64,000 nucleotides of DNA, from the IMG/VR virus record IMGVR_UViG_3300023179_000038, positions 32,001 through 96,000 of that record. One strand, 5' to 3'. The notes beneath the pieces are model-generated. The model worked only from the letters and a program-made list of their open reading frames with translations, was not told the origin of the DNA and did not search any database. Numbering within the stretch: position 1 is the stretch's first letter; each line of letters starts with the position of its first letter. The stretch is from a virus. Shown here piece after piece: positions 30,401-40,139 of the stretch. The position numbers and the translations under genes were made by a program.

Positions 30401-33400
30401 TGGACATACCACTATCATTAATTAAATCTTTAGCCATGGGAACAATGTCTTCCATTGCTGTACCCTTATATTTTTTTGTAATGGCTTTATCTATACCAGT
30501 TTCTAAAGCACCACGAACAGCACTAGAAGATTTTGCATAAGTATTTTGAATATCTGTAATCAATCTTCCGTTTTCAGCAATTAATGTTGCATTTGCTTTT
30601 TCATATTCACCCTGCAATCTAGTTGCTTCCGCAATATCATTTGCTGCCTTTGCATTTTCAATTCTTTTTTCGTATTCTAATCTTAAAGAATCTTGCATTT
30701 CTTGACTTTGTTCTAAAGCCATTTTTTGTATTGCAACATTAGCACCAGATGCTATTCCAAGTTTTTGTTGTTGTCCTTTTTGTGCAAAGTATAATGCTCC
30801 TGCTGAAATAGTTGCACCTATTGCTGCACCTATTGCAGTTCCAACAACTGGCACAACTGATCCTGCTGCTGCTCCTGTTGCTGCTCCACCGAGTATTCCA
30901 CCAGCAATTGCCCCACCAATACCATAACCAGCCATACCAACTTTTGTTTGTGTTTGTGTTAATGCCCCTGGTGCTGCAGCATTCAATATTCCAAATTTTT
31001 GTTGTAAATCTTTTCTTGATTCTTCTACCAATCTTAATCTAAGTTGTAATGGATCCTTCATTAAATTTTCTCCATTAACACCTACTAATTCAATTAATTT
31101 TGCATTAACCTGTATGCCAAAAGAGTAATCGCCCAATTCAGAAGAAATATTTGCTGCAATGCTTCTTGCCTGTGCTGGATTTATTGCTCCTGATGCAATT
31201 CCTGTTGCAAGTTGATTTAACAACTGGTTCTGTGCAGTTTGCCTTCCATTAGTTTTAATAGATTGAGATAGGTTTGAAAGCATTGCCTTGCCACCTTCAG
31301 ATTGAACGTAACTTTCACCAAAAGTTGTTTTTCCTGTTTGAATCTGAAATTGAGAAAGCATTTGTGATCTTCTTCTATCCATAATTTCGCCAGCACGAGC
31401 AGTTCCAGCGAACTCAGAAAGATCCTGAATAGCCTTTTCGCCACTACCCATGGCTTCAGCCATTTTCATTGCGTTGTCTTGTGCTTTATCAAATGCCATA
31501 CGTAATGCAAGTGTTGCTGCCACTACAGCAGTTAAACCAACAGCAAATGCTCCAAGTGGACTTGTGATAAGTGGCAATAGCATTGTTAATGTAATTAATG
31601 GCATCATTAATTTCTGTGCTACCTCGCCAACTTTTCCTGGTGCCATAGACGCAGCCATCATAACCCCAGATGCTGCCATCATTCCAGTTCCAGCACTCAT
31701 TCTATTTCTTCTGACTGAAACATTGTCTTCTTTATTTATACCATTAGCAACCATTCCAGTGATTGTGCTTTGTTTTAATAATCTTTTTTCTTTAATAGCA
31801 TCAAGTCTTTGCTGTTTATCTATTTGTCTACGCAATGATTTTTGCATTGGATCAATAGGACCAGTTCCATAAAGAGCAGTTCTAGATGCAACTGCTTTTT
31901 GTGACTGTGTTCTAGCCCCGTCAACTAGTGCTGTACCTAATTGTTTTCCAGTTATCTTTGCATCATCAATAAATTCTTTTGCTCCAACTACCAGACCCTT
32001 TCCAGATTCCTGTCCAACTTTTTGCATTCTTCTTGATGGAGATTTAATCTGTAACGCTTCTTCTGCTGCAGTTGGCATAGAATTTACTATTCTTGCAATA
32101 CCACGTTTTAAGGTTCCTTCTGTGCGTTTTGTTGCTGCAATAATTTCAGTAGTTTGTTTAGACATTGTTTCTGTTCTTGCGGTTGCTGCATCTGCCACTG
32201 CACCTGCATAAAGTCTAAAGTTTTTAGAAACATCTTTTGCTTTAATAACACCAGTTGACATATCTCTATCTATTGCAGAAAGAACTCTGCCTTGAATCAT
32301 TAACTCATCACCAACAAGTGCAGTTCCTTGTGTTACTTTTGCAGTAATTGATTGAATTTGTGATTCTGTTGCACCTGATTTAGATAAATATTGTAAATAT
32401 AGTTCTCTATTTTTTCTTGAAGACTTTAAAGAGTTTGATAGATTATTCTCTGCACCAGTTTGTGTAGTCCAAACATCTGAATTCCAAGCAGCAAGCAATT
32501 TTTTCTGTGAATTATTTAATTCAATGACGTGTGCCCTGTCTAACTGTGTTGCAGCAGTAATTTGTTTAGTAGTAGCACCAAGGGCTGTCATTTTCTTTTC
32601 AATTGCTTTTGCTGCTGCATTTGCTTGATCTAATTCTGCTTGTGCTGCTGACATACCTCGTTCACTAATTAGTTGTGTCTGTATTGTTCTTCTTTCTCCA
32701 GCGCCACGTGCATTAAATGTTGCAGTTCTTCCAACCCAATCTGATTTAGCAAATGCTGGACCTGCAATCTTGCCTTTGCTTGCTGCTGCTAAACGAACCT
32801 GCTCTTTAAATTGTTCAAGATTAATTTTTGTTTCAGATGCCAATTTTTCTAATGCAATTTTTAGTATGTCGTCAATTTGACCGAGAGTTCCATCAATAAG
32901 ACTTTGAATTCTTGCAGTAGTTGCTTGTTGTTTTGTACTTATATTAAAAGATTCTTGTCCAACATTAACAGATCCTCCTGCAAACTTAGATAATCTGCCA
33001 CCACCTATCATAAACTTAATTGCTGGTTTATTTGCTGGATCTTGTGCTGGTCCTGCTGGAATTACTGCTTCTCCTGGTGTAAGCATGGATGGAACGGAAT
33101 CTGTTCCTCTTGCATAGTATCTTACTCCAATAGTACCTTTGTTAAATTTCTTTGGTCCTTTACTACCTCTACCGCCAACAAAACCAGCGGTTGGCATAAA
33201 CGCTGCTTGAGCACTAATTGCTTTTCTATATACATTAACCAATGCAGTAAGAGCATTGGTTTCAGATGTAAAGGTTTGTGTGAGTTTGGTATGAACTTGA
33301 TCTAAAGATGATGCAACTGAGGCAGCCTCTAGTTGTTCTTGTGTCATATACTGTGTTTGATTGCCAAGGGATTGAGATGATTGTCCAACTCTATTAAACA

Positions 33401-35144
33401 AACCTTTAACACTAGTAAATAATTTAATTATATTTGCTAAACCGTTTGCAAGCAAACCAAAAGTCATAAGCGCTACTGGTCCAATACCAGCCAAAACTGT
33501 AGTTAAAATAACAGCAAAGTTTTTTGCTCCATCACTAAGATTATTGAATCTATCTAATACTTTTGAAATAAAATCTACAACTGGTGTTATTGCTTTTAAG
33601 AATGACTCTCCAATTGGAGCCAAAGTAAGTTTTAGATCCTCTATTGATTTTTTAAATTTATACATTGGAGATTCTTCAACACGTTTTAATTCTCGTTCTG
33701 CCAAAATAGCCAACTCTTCTGTTGTTGCCTGAGTCAAACTTAGTACACGACTTGCCTGATTTCCTTGTGCAATAACATTTTGGAATAAAGTAGAAAGACG
33801 TGAAAATTGAAATTTACCAAATAATTGTTCTATAGCACGTGCACGATTTAATGGATCTAGTGTATCTAACGCTTTAGCAAAATCAATAACAACACCCTTA
33901 ACATTTCCTTTATTTGCCTCTACAATTCCTTTAATATTTATACCCATTGATCCAAGCATTTTGCTTGCTTTTTCTGTTGGATTAATTAATGATGCAAGAC
34001 CAGACTTTAATGCGTTAGCACCTTCTGATGCGTTGATACCGCCTTCTTTCATAGCGGTTAAGAAAAACGCTAAATCTTCTACATCTCCACCAAGTTGTTG
34101 TACAACTGGACCTGCTTTAGGAATTGCAATTGTTAAATCTTCAATAGATACGACAGTTTGGTTTTCAACTGCGTTAAGAAAATTAATCTTTTTTGTTAGA
34201 TCTTCTGCAGCAATTCCAAATGCATTTGATAAAGAAATAGTAGTTTCTAAAGCCTGCTCTTGTTCAACTCCACCAAGTATAGAAAGTCTTGTTGCTTGAT
34301 TTACCTGTGCTAATAAATCAGCCCCCATTTTACCGCTTGCAGCAGCGGTTGCTGCCATTTCCATAGTTTTTTCAACAGCAACACCATATTTTGTAAATTC
34401 TTTAGCAAGCAACTGAATCTCTTTTAACATTGCGTTTGTTTCTTCGCCAGTTGTAAACATTTCTCCATAAACACGTTTAAATCTAATTGCTTGCTCTTCA
34501 ATTTGCATAAATGTTCGTGCTGCCTGAGTTCCAAGCATTGCGAGGGGAATTGTAAAACCAACCATTAACTGACGACCAGCCCACTGTGTATTTTTACCAA
34601 AATTTAAAAGATTTGTAGATCCTTGTTTTAATAATTGATTTAATAATTGCTGTCTTTGTGCTGCAATTTGAGTTTTTGTTGCCAGGCTTTCCATATCAAG
34701 CGCTAAAGGCCTAACTGCAATAGCCTTCATTGCTCCATTAGCATCACGACCCATCTTAATATATTGAGTCTGTAAAGTTTTTACTCTTTCTCTTGATACC
34801 TTTTCGATAGTATCAAACTCTTGTTTAAATAGTCTTCCAAAAGTTTTTGTTGATGCTCCAGCATACCTAAAATATTCTTTTACTGTAAATTTATTTTTTT
34901 CTAAAGCATTAGTAAATGATTCTGTAGACGTACGAATTGTACGCATATCTGCTGCAAATTTTCCAGTTGCATTTAAAGAGTTAACCAAATTTTGTTGCAA
35001 ATTTGAAGATACTGCTGCAGCAGCAGCACCACTCTTTGCCATTGAGGTGTGAAAGGCTGATATTTGACGCTGAAGCAGTTTAATACTTGATAACGCTTCA
35101 GAGGTATCAATATTTACTTGTATATTTGACTGAACATCAGCCAT
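27420..35144 (-). CDS. Tape measure protein
   Basis: 2574 aa, helical and Ala-rich, TP901-like core (EGANALKSGLASL), TM segments, SPSR motif; after the chaperones. Confidence 0.93.
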   Translation of the reverse strand: MADVQSNIQVNIDTSEALSSIKLLQRQISAFHTSMAKSGAAAAAVSSNLQQNLVNSLNATGKFAADMRTIRTSTESFTNALEKNKFTVKEYFRYAGASTKTFGRLFKQEFDTIEKVSRERVKTLQTQYIKMGRDANGAMKAIAVRPLALDMESLATKTQIAAQRQQLLNQLLKQGSTNLLNFGKNTQWAGRQLMVGFTIPLAMLGTQAARTFMQIEEQAIRFKRVYGEMFTTGEETNAMLKEIQLLAKEFTKYGVAVEKTMEMAATAAASGKMGADLLAQVNQATRLSILGGVEQEQALETTISLSNAFGIAAEDLTKKINFLNAVENQTVVSIEDLTIAIPKAGPVVQQLGGDVEDLAFFLTAMKEGGINASEGANALKSGLASLINPTEKASKMLGSMGINIKGIVEANKGNVKGVVIDFAKALDTLDPLNRARAIEQLFGKFQFSRLSTLFQNVIAQGNQASRVLSLTQATTEELAILAERELKRVEESPMYKFKKSIEDLKLTLAPIGESFLKAITPVVDFISKVLDRFNNLSDGAKNFAVILTTVLAGIGPVALMTFGLLANGLANIIKLFTSVKGLFNRVGQSSQSLGNQTQYMTQEQLEAASVASSLDQVHTKLTQTFTSETNALTALVNVYRKAISAQAAFMPTAGFVGGRGSKGPKKFNKGTIGVRYYARGTDSVPSMLTPGEAVIPAGPAQDPANKPAIKFMIGGGRLSKFAGGSVNVGQESFNISTKQQATTARIQSLIDGTLGQIDDILKIALEKLASETKINLEQFKEQVRLAAASKGKIAGPAFAKSDWVGRTATFNARGAGERRTIQTQLISERGMSAAQAELDQANAAAKAIEKKMTALGATTKQITAATQLDRAHVIELNNSQKKLLAAWNSDVWTTQTGAENNLSNSLKSSRKNRELYLQYLSKSGATESQIQSITAKVTQGTALVGDELMIQGRVLSAIDRDMSTGVIKAKDVSKNFRLYAGAVADAATARTETMSKQTTEIIAATKRTEGTLKRGIARIVNSMPTAAEEALQIKSPSRRMQKVGQESGKGLVVGAKEFIDDAKITGKQLGTALVDGARTQSQKAVASRTALYGTGPIDPMQKSLRRQIDKQQRLDAIKEKRLLKQSTITGMVANGINKEDNVSVRRNRMSAGTGMMAASGVMMAASMAPGKVGEVAQKLMMPLITLTMLLPLITSPLGAFAVGLTAVVAATLALRMAFDKAQDNAMKMAEAMGSGEKAIQDLSEFAGTARAGEIMDRRRSQMLSQFQIQTGKTTFGESYVQSEGGKAMLSNLSQSIKTNGRQTAQNQLLNQLATGIASGAINPAQARSIAANISSELGDYSFGIQVNAKLIELVGVNGENLMKDPLQLRLRLVEESRKDLQQKFGILNAAAPGALTQTQTKVGMAGYGIGGAIAGGILGGAATGAAAGSVVPVVGTAIGAAIGATISAGALYFAQKGQQQKLGIASGANVAIQKMALEQSQEMQDSLRLEYEKRIENAKAANDIAEATRLQGEYEKANATLIAENGRLITDIQNTYAKSSSAVRGALETGIDKAITKKYKGTAMEDIVPMAKDLINDSGMSKELQYTLKMQVASGQMDPMQIINLMETFSNDKKSLEKVMSIVTKFGGAFANQAIAISSLFVDKNGKPLKQQQTKFLADISTKTAADAEKYLKLFSEISKSGQVVDVGVALSFYSNNPIAAAQLQKTIDYISAQKGKIDLEIATKILGAKEIEVLRANQEYFNSLPPEQQKVYLQTLTTMVNMEGNNKEAIQNWLKANPGKTEGDYYAESAYKVTVASKDVTTDKKSNIPPVEGSKVSSSPLDDIIKKLKDVRLNQIKVTEGWASSRKALDKLFGGNKTITAFSGIEQDLRSIGAGQNLIELIVGMDPKEYEKRKNSLFKFDNKGNIIALKRDATNIQEALNSVVAGDFQSAIQQQKQELVDQNKAYAKLTQLGVPVGKAYELIADKSFRAMIATSKNKAELQKMIVLYNDFIKQEKRSTAIEDANKAIEEANQDEIITQSIKNSFGFKEARAIISDPILKALYEAGEQGGSQFAIRLAQQIKTIDFMQGLFDEGFGKAMEAFDAKEKSIELKFDIDTRNNKDLIQKTENNIALIQYQIDDWEYGLKDIENQEKAINDSYEDKFKALDQIQKVNNRIIQQQKSQLTIADALSQGDIAAAAKAVQESRSQSAQNAIDQQRSALEQSKENSIAKIRNDQGYTRIQIEEKIKNLQDQILILEEKILEPARESIRLAEIQKNELINSLRVLDKSRSEWESIKNGIDTAKTSSNEYKNSMFAALGIVESIKNYWNDLNNKTYVTYHKIVTLKDDETPPVVSTTTNTGNAPTKTTEVGSGPQTQQMSNTQTNVPSVPTFTGPDKYNPLSGVTSASTKIVPTTSPSSIGMNLGVNNPISKVVSTVTTPISNAVKSVASGVSNVAKSVSTGISNVATAVKNIVTNPVSTVKNALTNTFSGWFGRANGGIVPKYFVSGGFARGTDTVPAMLTPGEFVMSRYAVDSFGVDKMKAINNGTYDGNSVYNYNLSVNVRSDANPEQIANTVMSKIRQIDSLRIRSGRI

Positions 35145-35159
35145 TCACTAGCACCCCAA

Positions 35160-35489
35160 TTAACTATTAGTTACAAGACTGCCTACTAGCGATGCATCAG
35201 TTAGTTTGATTCCAGATGCTTCTTCGACAATTTTGTACACTGTTGGAAGATCTAGATTTTCTTCTAGAGCCTCCAAGTCTTCTGATAATTCTGGTTTGTA
35301 TTGCTTCATAGCGATACTAACGCATTCCATAAGAAGATTCATTGATTTTTCATTATTTTCTGCTACTGCAGCAATTCCCTCAAACTTAGTCATAAATTGA
35401 CGAAGTAAAGAAATTTTTAAAGGACGTACTTTTATTTTAGTTCCATCGATTAATGTTACCGTTTTTTCTTCATGTACGGTAGTAGTCAT
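35160..35489 (-). CDS. Tail assembly chaperone, short gpG-like form
   Basis: Just upstream of TMP; paralogous to the N-half of 35536..36222; AGGAGGAG RBS. Confidence 0.75.
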   Translation of the reverse strand: MTTTVHEEKTVTLIDGTKIKVRPLKISLLRQFMTKFEGIAAVAENNEKSMNLLMECVSIAMKQYKPELSEDLEALEENLDLPTVYKIVEEASGIKLTDASLVGSLVTNS

Positions 35490-35535
35490 TTATCTCCTCC
35501 TTATAAGGTTAAATTAATTATACCACAGCGGTATT

Positions 35536-36222
35536 TTATTTTTTAGTAAGATCCTCATAGTCTAAACCAAGCCCTATGCCAAATCCAGCCTTTGCTGCGT
35601 TGCTACCCTGTAAGGCTAAGACATCTTTTGGATTATTAGTTTTTCCTTTACTAAACACCTTTGCCTTTAATTCTTGCCAAGCATCCTTTTTCCCAGACTG
35701 TTTATCTAAGTCTACTCCTTGAATTGCTGCTAAAAATTTTTTTTCAGAATACTCTAATTCTCTTTTTATTTCTAAAGTTGCCAACATTTCTGGCATAGAT
35801 AGTGATAACTCTAGTTCTTCATAATCTTTCCAAATTCCAAGCAAAAATGTTTCAGACTCTAGTTTTGCAAGATCTAAATTGTCCCAAGTTGATCCACTAT
35901 CTACTGCTTGTTTTTTTACTGATTCATCGACTTTAGAATTTACCTTAATTCCTGCTGCAATATCTAATACTTTATATATTGTTGGAAGATCAATACTATC
36001 TTCTAATTCTTCTATTGTTTTTATATCGGGGAAATATTGTTGCATAGATATTCTGGCACATTCTGCAAGCATAGATATTGCTTCAGCATCATCTTTAGCA
36101 TTTTTTACTAAATCAAACACAGACATAAATTCACGCAAAAATTTTATTTTTAATGGAGTAATGTATATTTCTCTTCCATCGACTAATGATATTTTTGCAC
36201 TATCATATATTTTTGTTGCCAT
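35536..36222 (-). CDS. Tail assembly chaperone, long gpGT-like form
   Basis: Between MTP and TMP; gpG-like N-half plus WKDYEELELSLSMPE C-half. Confidence 0.75.
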   Translation of the reverse strand: MATKIYDSAKISLVDGREIYITPLKIKFLREFMSVFDLVKNAKDDAEAISMLAECARISMQQYFPDIKTIEELEDSIDLPTIYKVLDIAAGIKVNSKVDESVKKQAVDSGSTWDNLDLAKLESETFLLGIWKDYEELELSLSMPEMLATLEIKRELEYSEKKFLAAIQGVDLDKQSGKKDAWQELKAKVFSKGKTNNPKDVLALQGSNAAKAGFGIGLGLDYEDLTKK

Positions 36223-36243
36223 AGTAAATAAAGTATACCAAAT

Positions 36244-36281
36244 AAAAGAAGGCTCAACCTTTATGATTGAGCCAACTTTTT
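36244..36281. terminator. Terminator after major tail gene, possibly bidirectional
   Basis: GGCTCAA/TTGAGCC stem flanked by A- and T-runs. Confidence 0.7.
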
Positions 36282-36292
36282 ATTAAGTTGTA

Positions 36293-36910
36293 TTATAGGG
36301 AACGATCAACGATCTTTCCATATGATGCATTGTCATTTGGAAGTAAACGGAATGAAACTTCAAACATTGTTGCTTCATCACGCTTTGCTCCAACAGTTAC
36401 GCTCTCAATTGAGAGTGCACGATATGCAACATAGATTCTTTCAATACTGTCAGAATCTGCACAATCTCCAGTTCCTGGACCAACTGCTACCAAACCACGC
36501 TCTACTGGACATTCGCCAATATCGCCTGCGGATAAGTTTAATGTTGGATTATTACTTACAGTTTCTAGGTTGCCATCTTTGCTTGCAAGAGCAAATAATA
36601 AGTTTTCCAAAGTTGCTTCAGCAAATGTGGTATTTAGGTTAACCTGCATACCTTGCTTATATAACTTTGCAACGTCAAGAACTTGGTCTACCTGTACTTC
36701 ACCGAAGTCTGGTTGAAACTGTAGTTCTATTCCGTTCATTGTATAACCTACGTTACGGAATCCTTCTTCATCTGAGAGAGTCGTTTTGTAGGATGTACCT
36801 GCAATGTATCCTGGAAGGACACCTGTCTCTGGTAAAACACCATCTTCATACGTAAATAGTGCTGCTGCACCTACGATGATTTGTGTACTATCACCACGTG
36901 TATATGCCAT
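36293..36910 (-). CDS. Major tail protein
   Basis: IIVGAAALF, VGYTMNG, EATLENL; GAGGTG RBS; own promoter and terminator. Confidence 0.85.
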   Translation of the reverse strand: MAYTRGDSTQIIVGAAALFTYEDGVLPETGVLPGYIAGTSYKTTLSDEEGFRNVGYTMNGIELQFQPDFGEVQVDQVLDVAKLYKQGMQVNLNTTFAEATLENLLFALASKDGNLETVSNNPTLNLSAGDIGECPVERGLVAVGPGTGDCADSDSIERIYVAYRALSIESVTVGAKRDEATMFEVSFRLLPNDNASYGKIVDRSL

Positions 36911-36978
36911 ATATTTCACCTCTTTTTTTTCTATAGAAATAAAAGGCGTGTTTCCTCATTGATAAGTATACAGCCTAT

Positions 36979-37572
36979 TTATGATAAAATGCCTGGTCTA
37001 TCAATAATGTTTTTATTATATCTTGGTCTATCGTCAGTAGATTCCTCAACCCTTTTATATCTATTGGTTGATTGATGATAGTCATAGTCAATAATTATCT
37101 TATTGCCCGCATAGGTTCGGGCTGTTCCAAAGTCTACTATATCCCGTGCCTCTTCTAACTGGTATATCTTGAAATCATGAAAATAAAACTCACAATTCAT
37201 ACCATCAAAAACTTTACCTGTAGTCCAAACATTTAACTCTTGAGCACTTTCGTCTCCACGATCCATAAGTCTCATGATTGCTTCTTGAATTTGAATCATC
37301 TTTAAACTTGGACTTTCGCCAGTGGCATAAAAATAATATAAGACCTGTTCGCATTTTATATGTGGGAATGTACCCCTACGCATACGAAACATCCTATCCC
37401 ATACTGCCATAGTGCCACCTTCTGGAAACTGCTTTTGTAAAGTTTCTAAAGTAGAGGGGCCAGTAGGAAAAAATGGAATATCTTCTAAATCAGTTAGTAA
37501 AGGAATCTTTTCTTTAAGGTACTGATTTATCCATAATACTGGTGTATTTAATACTGATGTAGATTCTGTCAT
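36979..37572 (-). CDS. Probable tail terminator/completion protein
   Basis: Synteny only (just before MTP). Confidence 0.5.
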   Translation of the reverse strand: MTESTSVLNTPVLWINQYLKEKIPLLTDLEDIPFFPTGPSTLETLQKQFPEGGTMAVWDRMFRMRRGTFPHIKCEQVLYYFYATGESPSLKMIQIQEAIMRLMDRGDESAQELNVWTTGKVFDGMNCEFYFHDFKIYQLEEARDIVDFGTARTYAGNKIIIDYDYHQSTNRYKRVEESTDDRPRYNKNIIDRPGILS

Positions 37573-38243
37573 CTTGCAACTCCTGCGTTTGCTATCCAGC
37601 GATATCCTACTTCATAACCTTTAGACTTACCGCCCCTTTTACCAGCACTAAGATTCTTTTTGTATGACACTGGATTAGATAGATATTGTGCTACACCGCT
37701 TGTTCTTAAAAATGCTTGAGTAAAATATCTATTAAAAAATGATTCAAAAGTTTTTTCAAAACCACCCTCAACTTCATTTCCTCCAGGATTTAAAACCTTT
37801 ACTGGTTGTTTTGTAAATATCTCTTCACCGTTTACATCAAATGCTAATGCTTGTGCTTTTACAGGACGAATAGTTACTGGAATTCCCTCTTCCATAATTT
37901 TTGCTTTATTATAAAATGGAACACGAGAGCCACGCTTTATAGACGTTGATTGTTTAAATGTTGACATAAAAGATAAACCAAGGTTGCTTATAGTGTAGTT
38001 AATATCAAACAATCTAGCGCTAGGACTTCCAGTTTCATGCCATTCATAAACATGATGAAGCATTTGAGGATTTACTCTAGCACTTGAATCAATATATTCT
38101 TTCATTAACTCTATAGTCTCTAAACCAAGGCTAGAAAGAAACGCCCTTTTTCCACCCTGTATTCCATTTATATATCCAATTGAATATTCAATTATATTGT
38201 TCATATCTCTACGAAATGCTTTATTGTTAAATGTTACTTTCAT
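37569..38243 (-). CDS. Head-tail/neck protein
   Basis: Synteny; LHHVYEW motif. Confidence 0.5.
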   Translation of the reverse strand: MKVTFNNKAFRRDMNNIIEYSIGYINGIQGGKRAFLSSLGLETIELMKEYIDSSARVNPQMLHHVYEWHETGSPSARLFDINYTISNLGLSFMSTFKQSTSIKRGSRVPFYNKAKIMEEGIPVTIRPVKAQALAFDVNGEEIFTKQPVKVLNPGGNEVEGGFEKTFESFFNRYFTQAFLRTSGVAQYLSNPVSYKKNLSAGKRGGKSKGYEVGYRWIANAGVAR

Positions 38244-38689
38244 ACATCTACCGCCTGATTTTCAGATCTACGAATAATTAATTTGTAATATTCAACATTG
38301 CCAAATGGTCCAGTAAAAGGGTCTTGTGTTGCTATTTCAAAGATAGTTGATTTGCCTTCACGAGGTCCTGATGTCTCTAAATATATCTCATTGCAATTTT
38401 TATCACGTATATTAGTTATAATTACATTTGTAATAGAGTTTTTAGCCTCTAAACTAGATATACGAATATCTGTTTTTGCACGACCTAGCAACAATTTTTC
38501 TTGAGTTATATTTATGTTTGGTTGAACTTCTTCTTTAAATGCTGTGCCTGCTGGAGCAAAAGAACATGCAATGGTTCTATCTAACATCCAAGTTTTTTTA
38601 ACTTCTCCATATACACCTTGCTCAACTATTGGATGATATACGTCTGCTTGCATTGGAAATGCGAAGTCTGGAGTTTCGCATATAACCAT
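38240..38689 (-). CDS. Head-to-tail stopper
   Basis: Synteny and size; beta-rich, GEVKKTW. Confidence 0.6.
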   Translation of the reverse strand: MVICETPDFAFPMQADVYHPIVEQGVYGEVKKTWMLDRTIACSFAPAGTAFKEEVQPNINITQEKLLLGRAKTDIRISSLEAKNSITNVIITNIRDKNCNEIYLETSGPREGKSTIFEIATQDPFTGPFGNVEYYKLIIRRSENQAVDV

Positions 38690-39564
38690 TATAAAACCCC
38701 AACGTGCTTTATTGTTTTTTCATATTTAGATAATATTTTATCTACAATCAAATTTCCTGTTCCGTCAATCATTGATTTATCAAACTGAATTCTAAATTGA
38801 TCTGTATTATATGAAGAAATATATCTTTTATAATAATCTAATTTTCCACAATCAATATCGTGTATAAGAATTTCTGCAGCCCTGACAATGTCAGATGGTA
38901 TAGATGGATACCCTGTAGCAACAATTATCTTATAATCCCAACCCTTTGGAAACCCTCTAGGCTCATAATTTAATTCTACAATATCTGTTGGGGATGATGG
39001 AAATAGAATTCTTGTTGATTCATCTCTATTTATTGCATCTGAATAAAACTTTGTAATTGCTGTTTTATCATCTGTTAATATATATTCAGAAAAAAAACTT
39101 TCTGAATCTTCAATATCCCAAACTAAAATATTATTTTCATAAACTTTTAAAACTTTGTGAACATCTTTCCATACAGGAATATAATCTAATCCCAAACCAA
39201 CTGTTTCAATAATTTCTTTTTTATAATAAAATTCATCACTATGAGCATCTATAATTGCTCTTGCTAATTCTTCATTTAACGAATATGATTCAATTTCTGA
39301 CAAAGTTGTTCCATGATTTTTTGGGTTTGAATATGGTCGTCTTAATTCAAAAAAATATGAAGAATTATTAATTATTAACTCATAATCATTGTCATACGTA
39401 GATGGAATTTCAATTAATACTTTAGAAGATGAGTTTGATGTAGCAACACCAATAATTTCTGATGAGTCCGCCAAATCAATAATTGTATAATTATATACCG
39501 TAGATGGATTTTCAACATCAATCAATACGGTAATCGGAAATGGCGGAACTCTCAAAATTTCCAT
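38689..39564 (-). CDS. Head-to-tail adaptor
   Basis: ARAIID, GYPSIPSDIVRAAEIL, TGNLIVDKIL. Confidence 0.68.
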   Translation of the reverse strand: MEILRVPPFPITVLIDVENPSTVYNYTIIDLADSSEIIGVATSNSSSKVLIEIPSTYDNDYELIINNSSYFFELRRPYSNPKNHGTTLSEIESYSLNEELARAIIDAHSDEFYYKKEIIETVGLGLDYIPVWKDVHKVLKVYENNILVWDIEDSESFFSEYILTDDKTAITKFYSDAINRDESTRILFPSSPTDIVELNYEPRGFPKGWDYKIIVATGYPSIPSDIVRAAEILIHDIDCGKLDYYKRYISSYNTDQFRIQFDKSMIDGTGNLIVDKILSKYEKTIKHVGVL

Positions 39565-39568
39565 TTTT

Positions 39569-40045
39569 TTACTTCTTGAATTCCAATGCTACTTCTTCTG
39601 GAGTTGCAATACGAACATGACTTCTAGTTAGCCATTTATCTGCTGCTGTCTTTTCAACAATATTATAGCCACGATAAACTTTTCCAACTCCACTCCATGT
39701 AACATTTTTTGTAGAATATATAGCAACTGTATCAGCCTTCTTTTCTGACTTTATATTTTCAGATTTTTTAGGCTTTAGTTCAGATTTTGTTGATCCAATT
39801 ACCCCTTGCTCTACAACCCCCATTGATGGAACTGTTGAAGCAGGAAATGATGGTGCAGTAATTACATTATTATCTAAAGCAGATTCTTCTACTTCTGTAA
39901 TTTTTGCGTCAATATTTAATTCTGATGCCAACTCTTCTACAAGAGTTTCCTCTTTAATAGGTTCTTGCGCTGTTTCTAATTGTGCTTCTGGAGCAATCAA
40001 ATCGGAAACATTTTCTATTAATGAATCTTTATTTTCTTCTGACAT
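39569..40045 (-). CDS. Hypothetical head-associated protein
   Basis: Acidic disordered N-terminus and compact C-terminal domain; follows MCP. Confidence 0.55.
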   Translation of the reverse strand: MSEENKDSLIENVSDLIAPEAQLETAQEPIKEETLVEELASELNIDAKITEVEESALDNNVITAPSFPASTVPSMGVVEQGVIGSTKSELKPKKSENIKSEKKADTVAIYSTKNVTWSGVGKVYRGYNIVEKTAADKWLTRSHVRIATPEEVALEFKK

Positions 40046-40081
40046 TATGTACCTCCTAAGTATCTATTATAACAGAATAAT

Positions 40082-40122
40082 AAAATTAAGAGGGGGAGGA
40101 GATCTACCCCCTGCCCCCTCTC
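40082..40122 (-). terminator. Terminator after major capsid gene
   Basis: GC-rich imperfect hairpin GAGGGGG...CCCCCTC followed by TTAATTTT on the minus strand. Confidence 0.65.
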
Positions 40123-40139
40123 AAAGGTATTATTACAGA

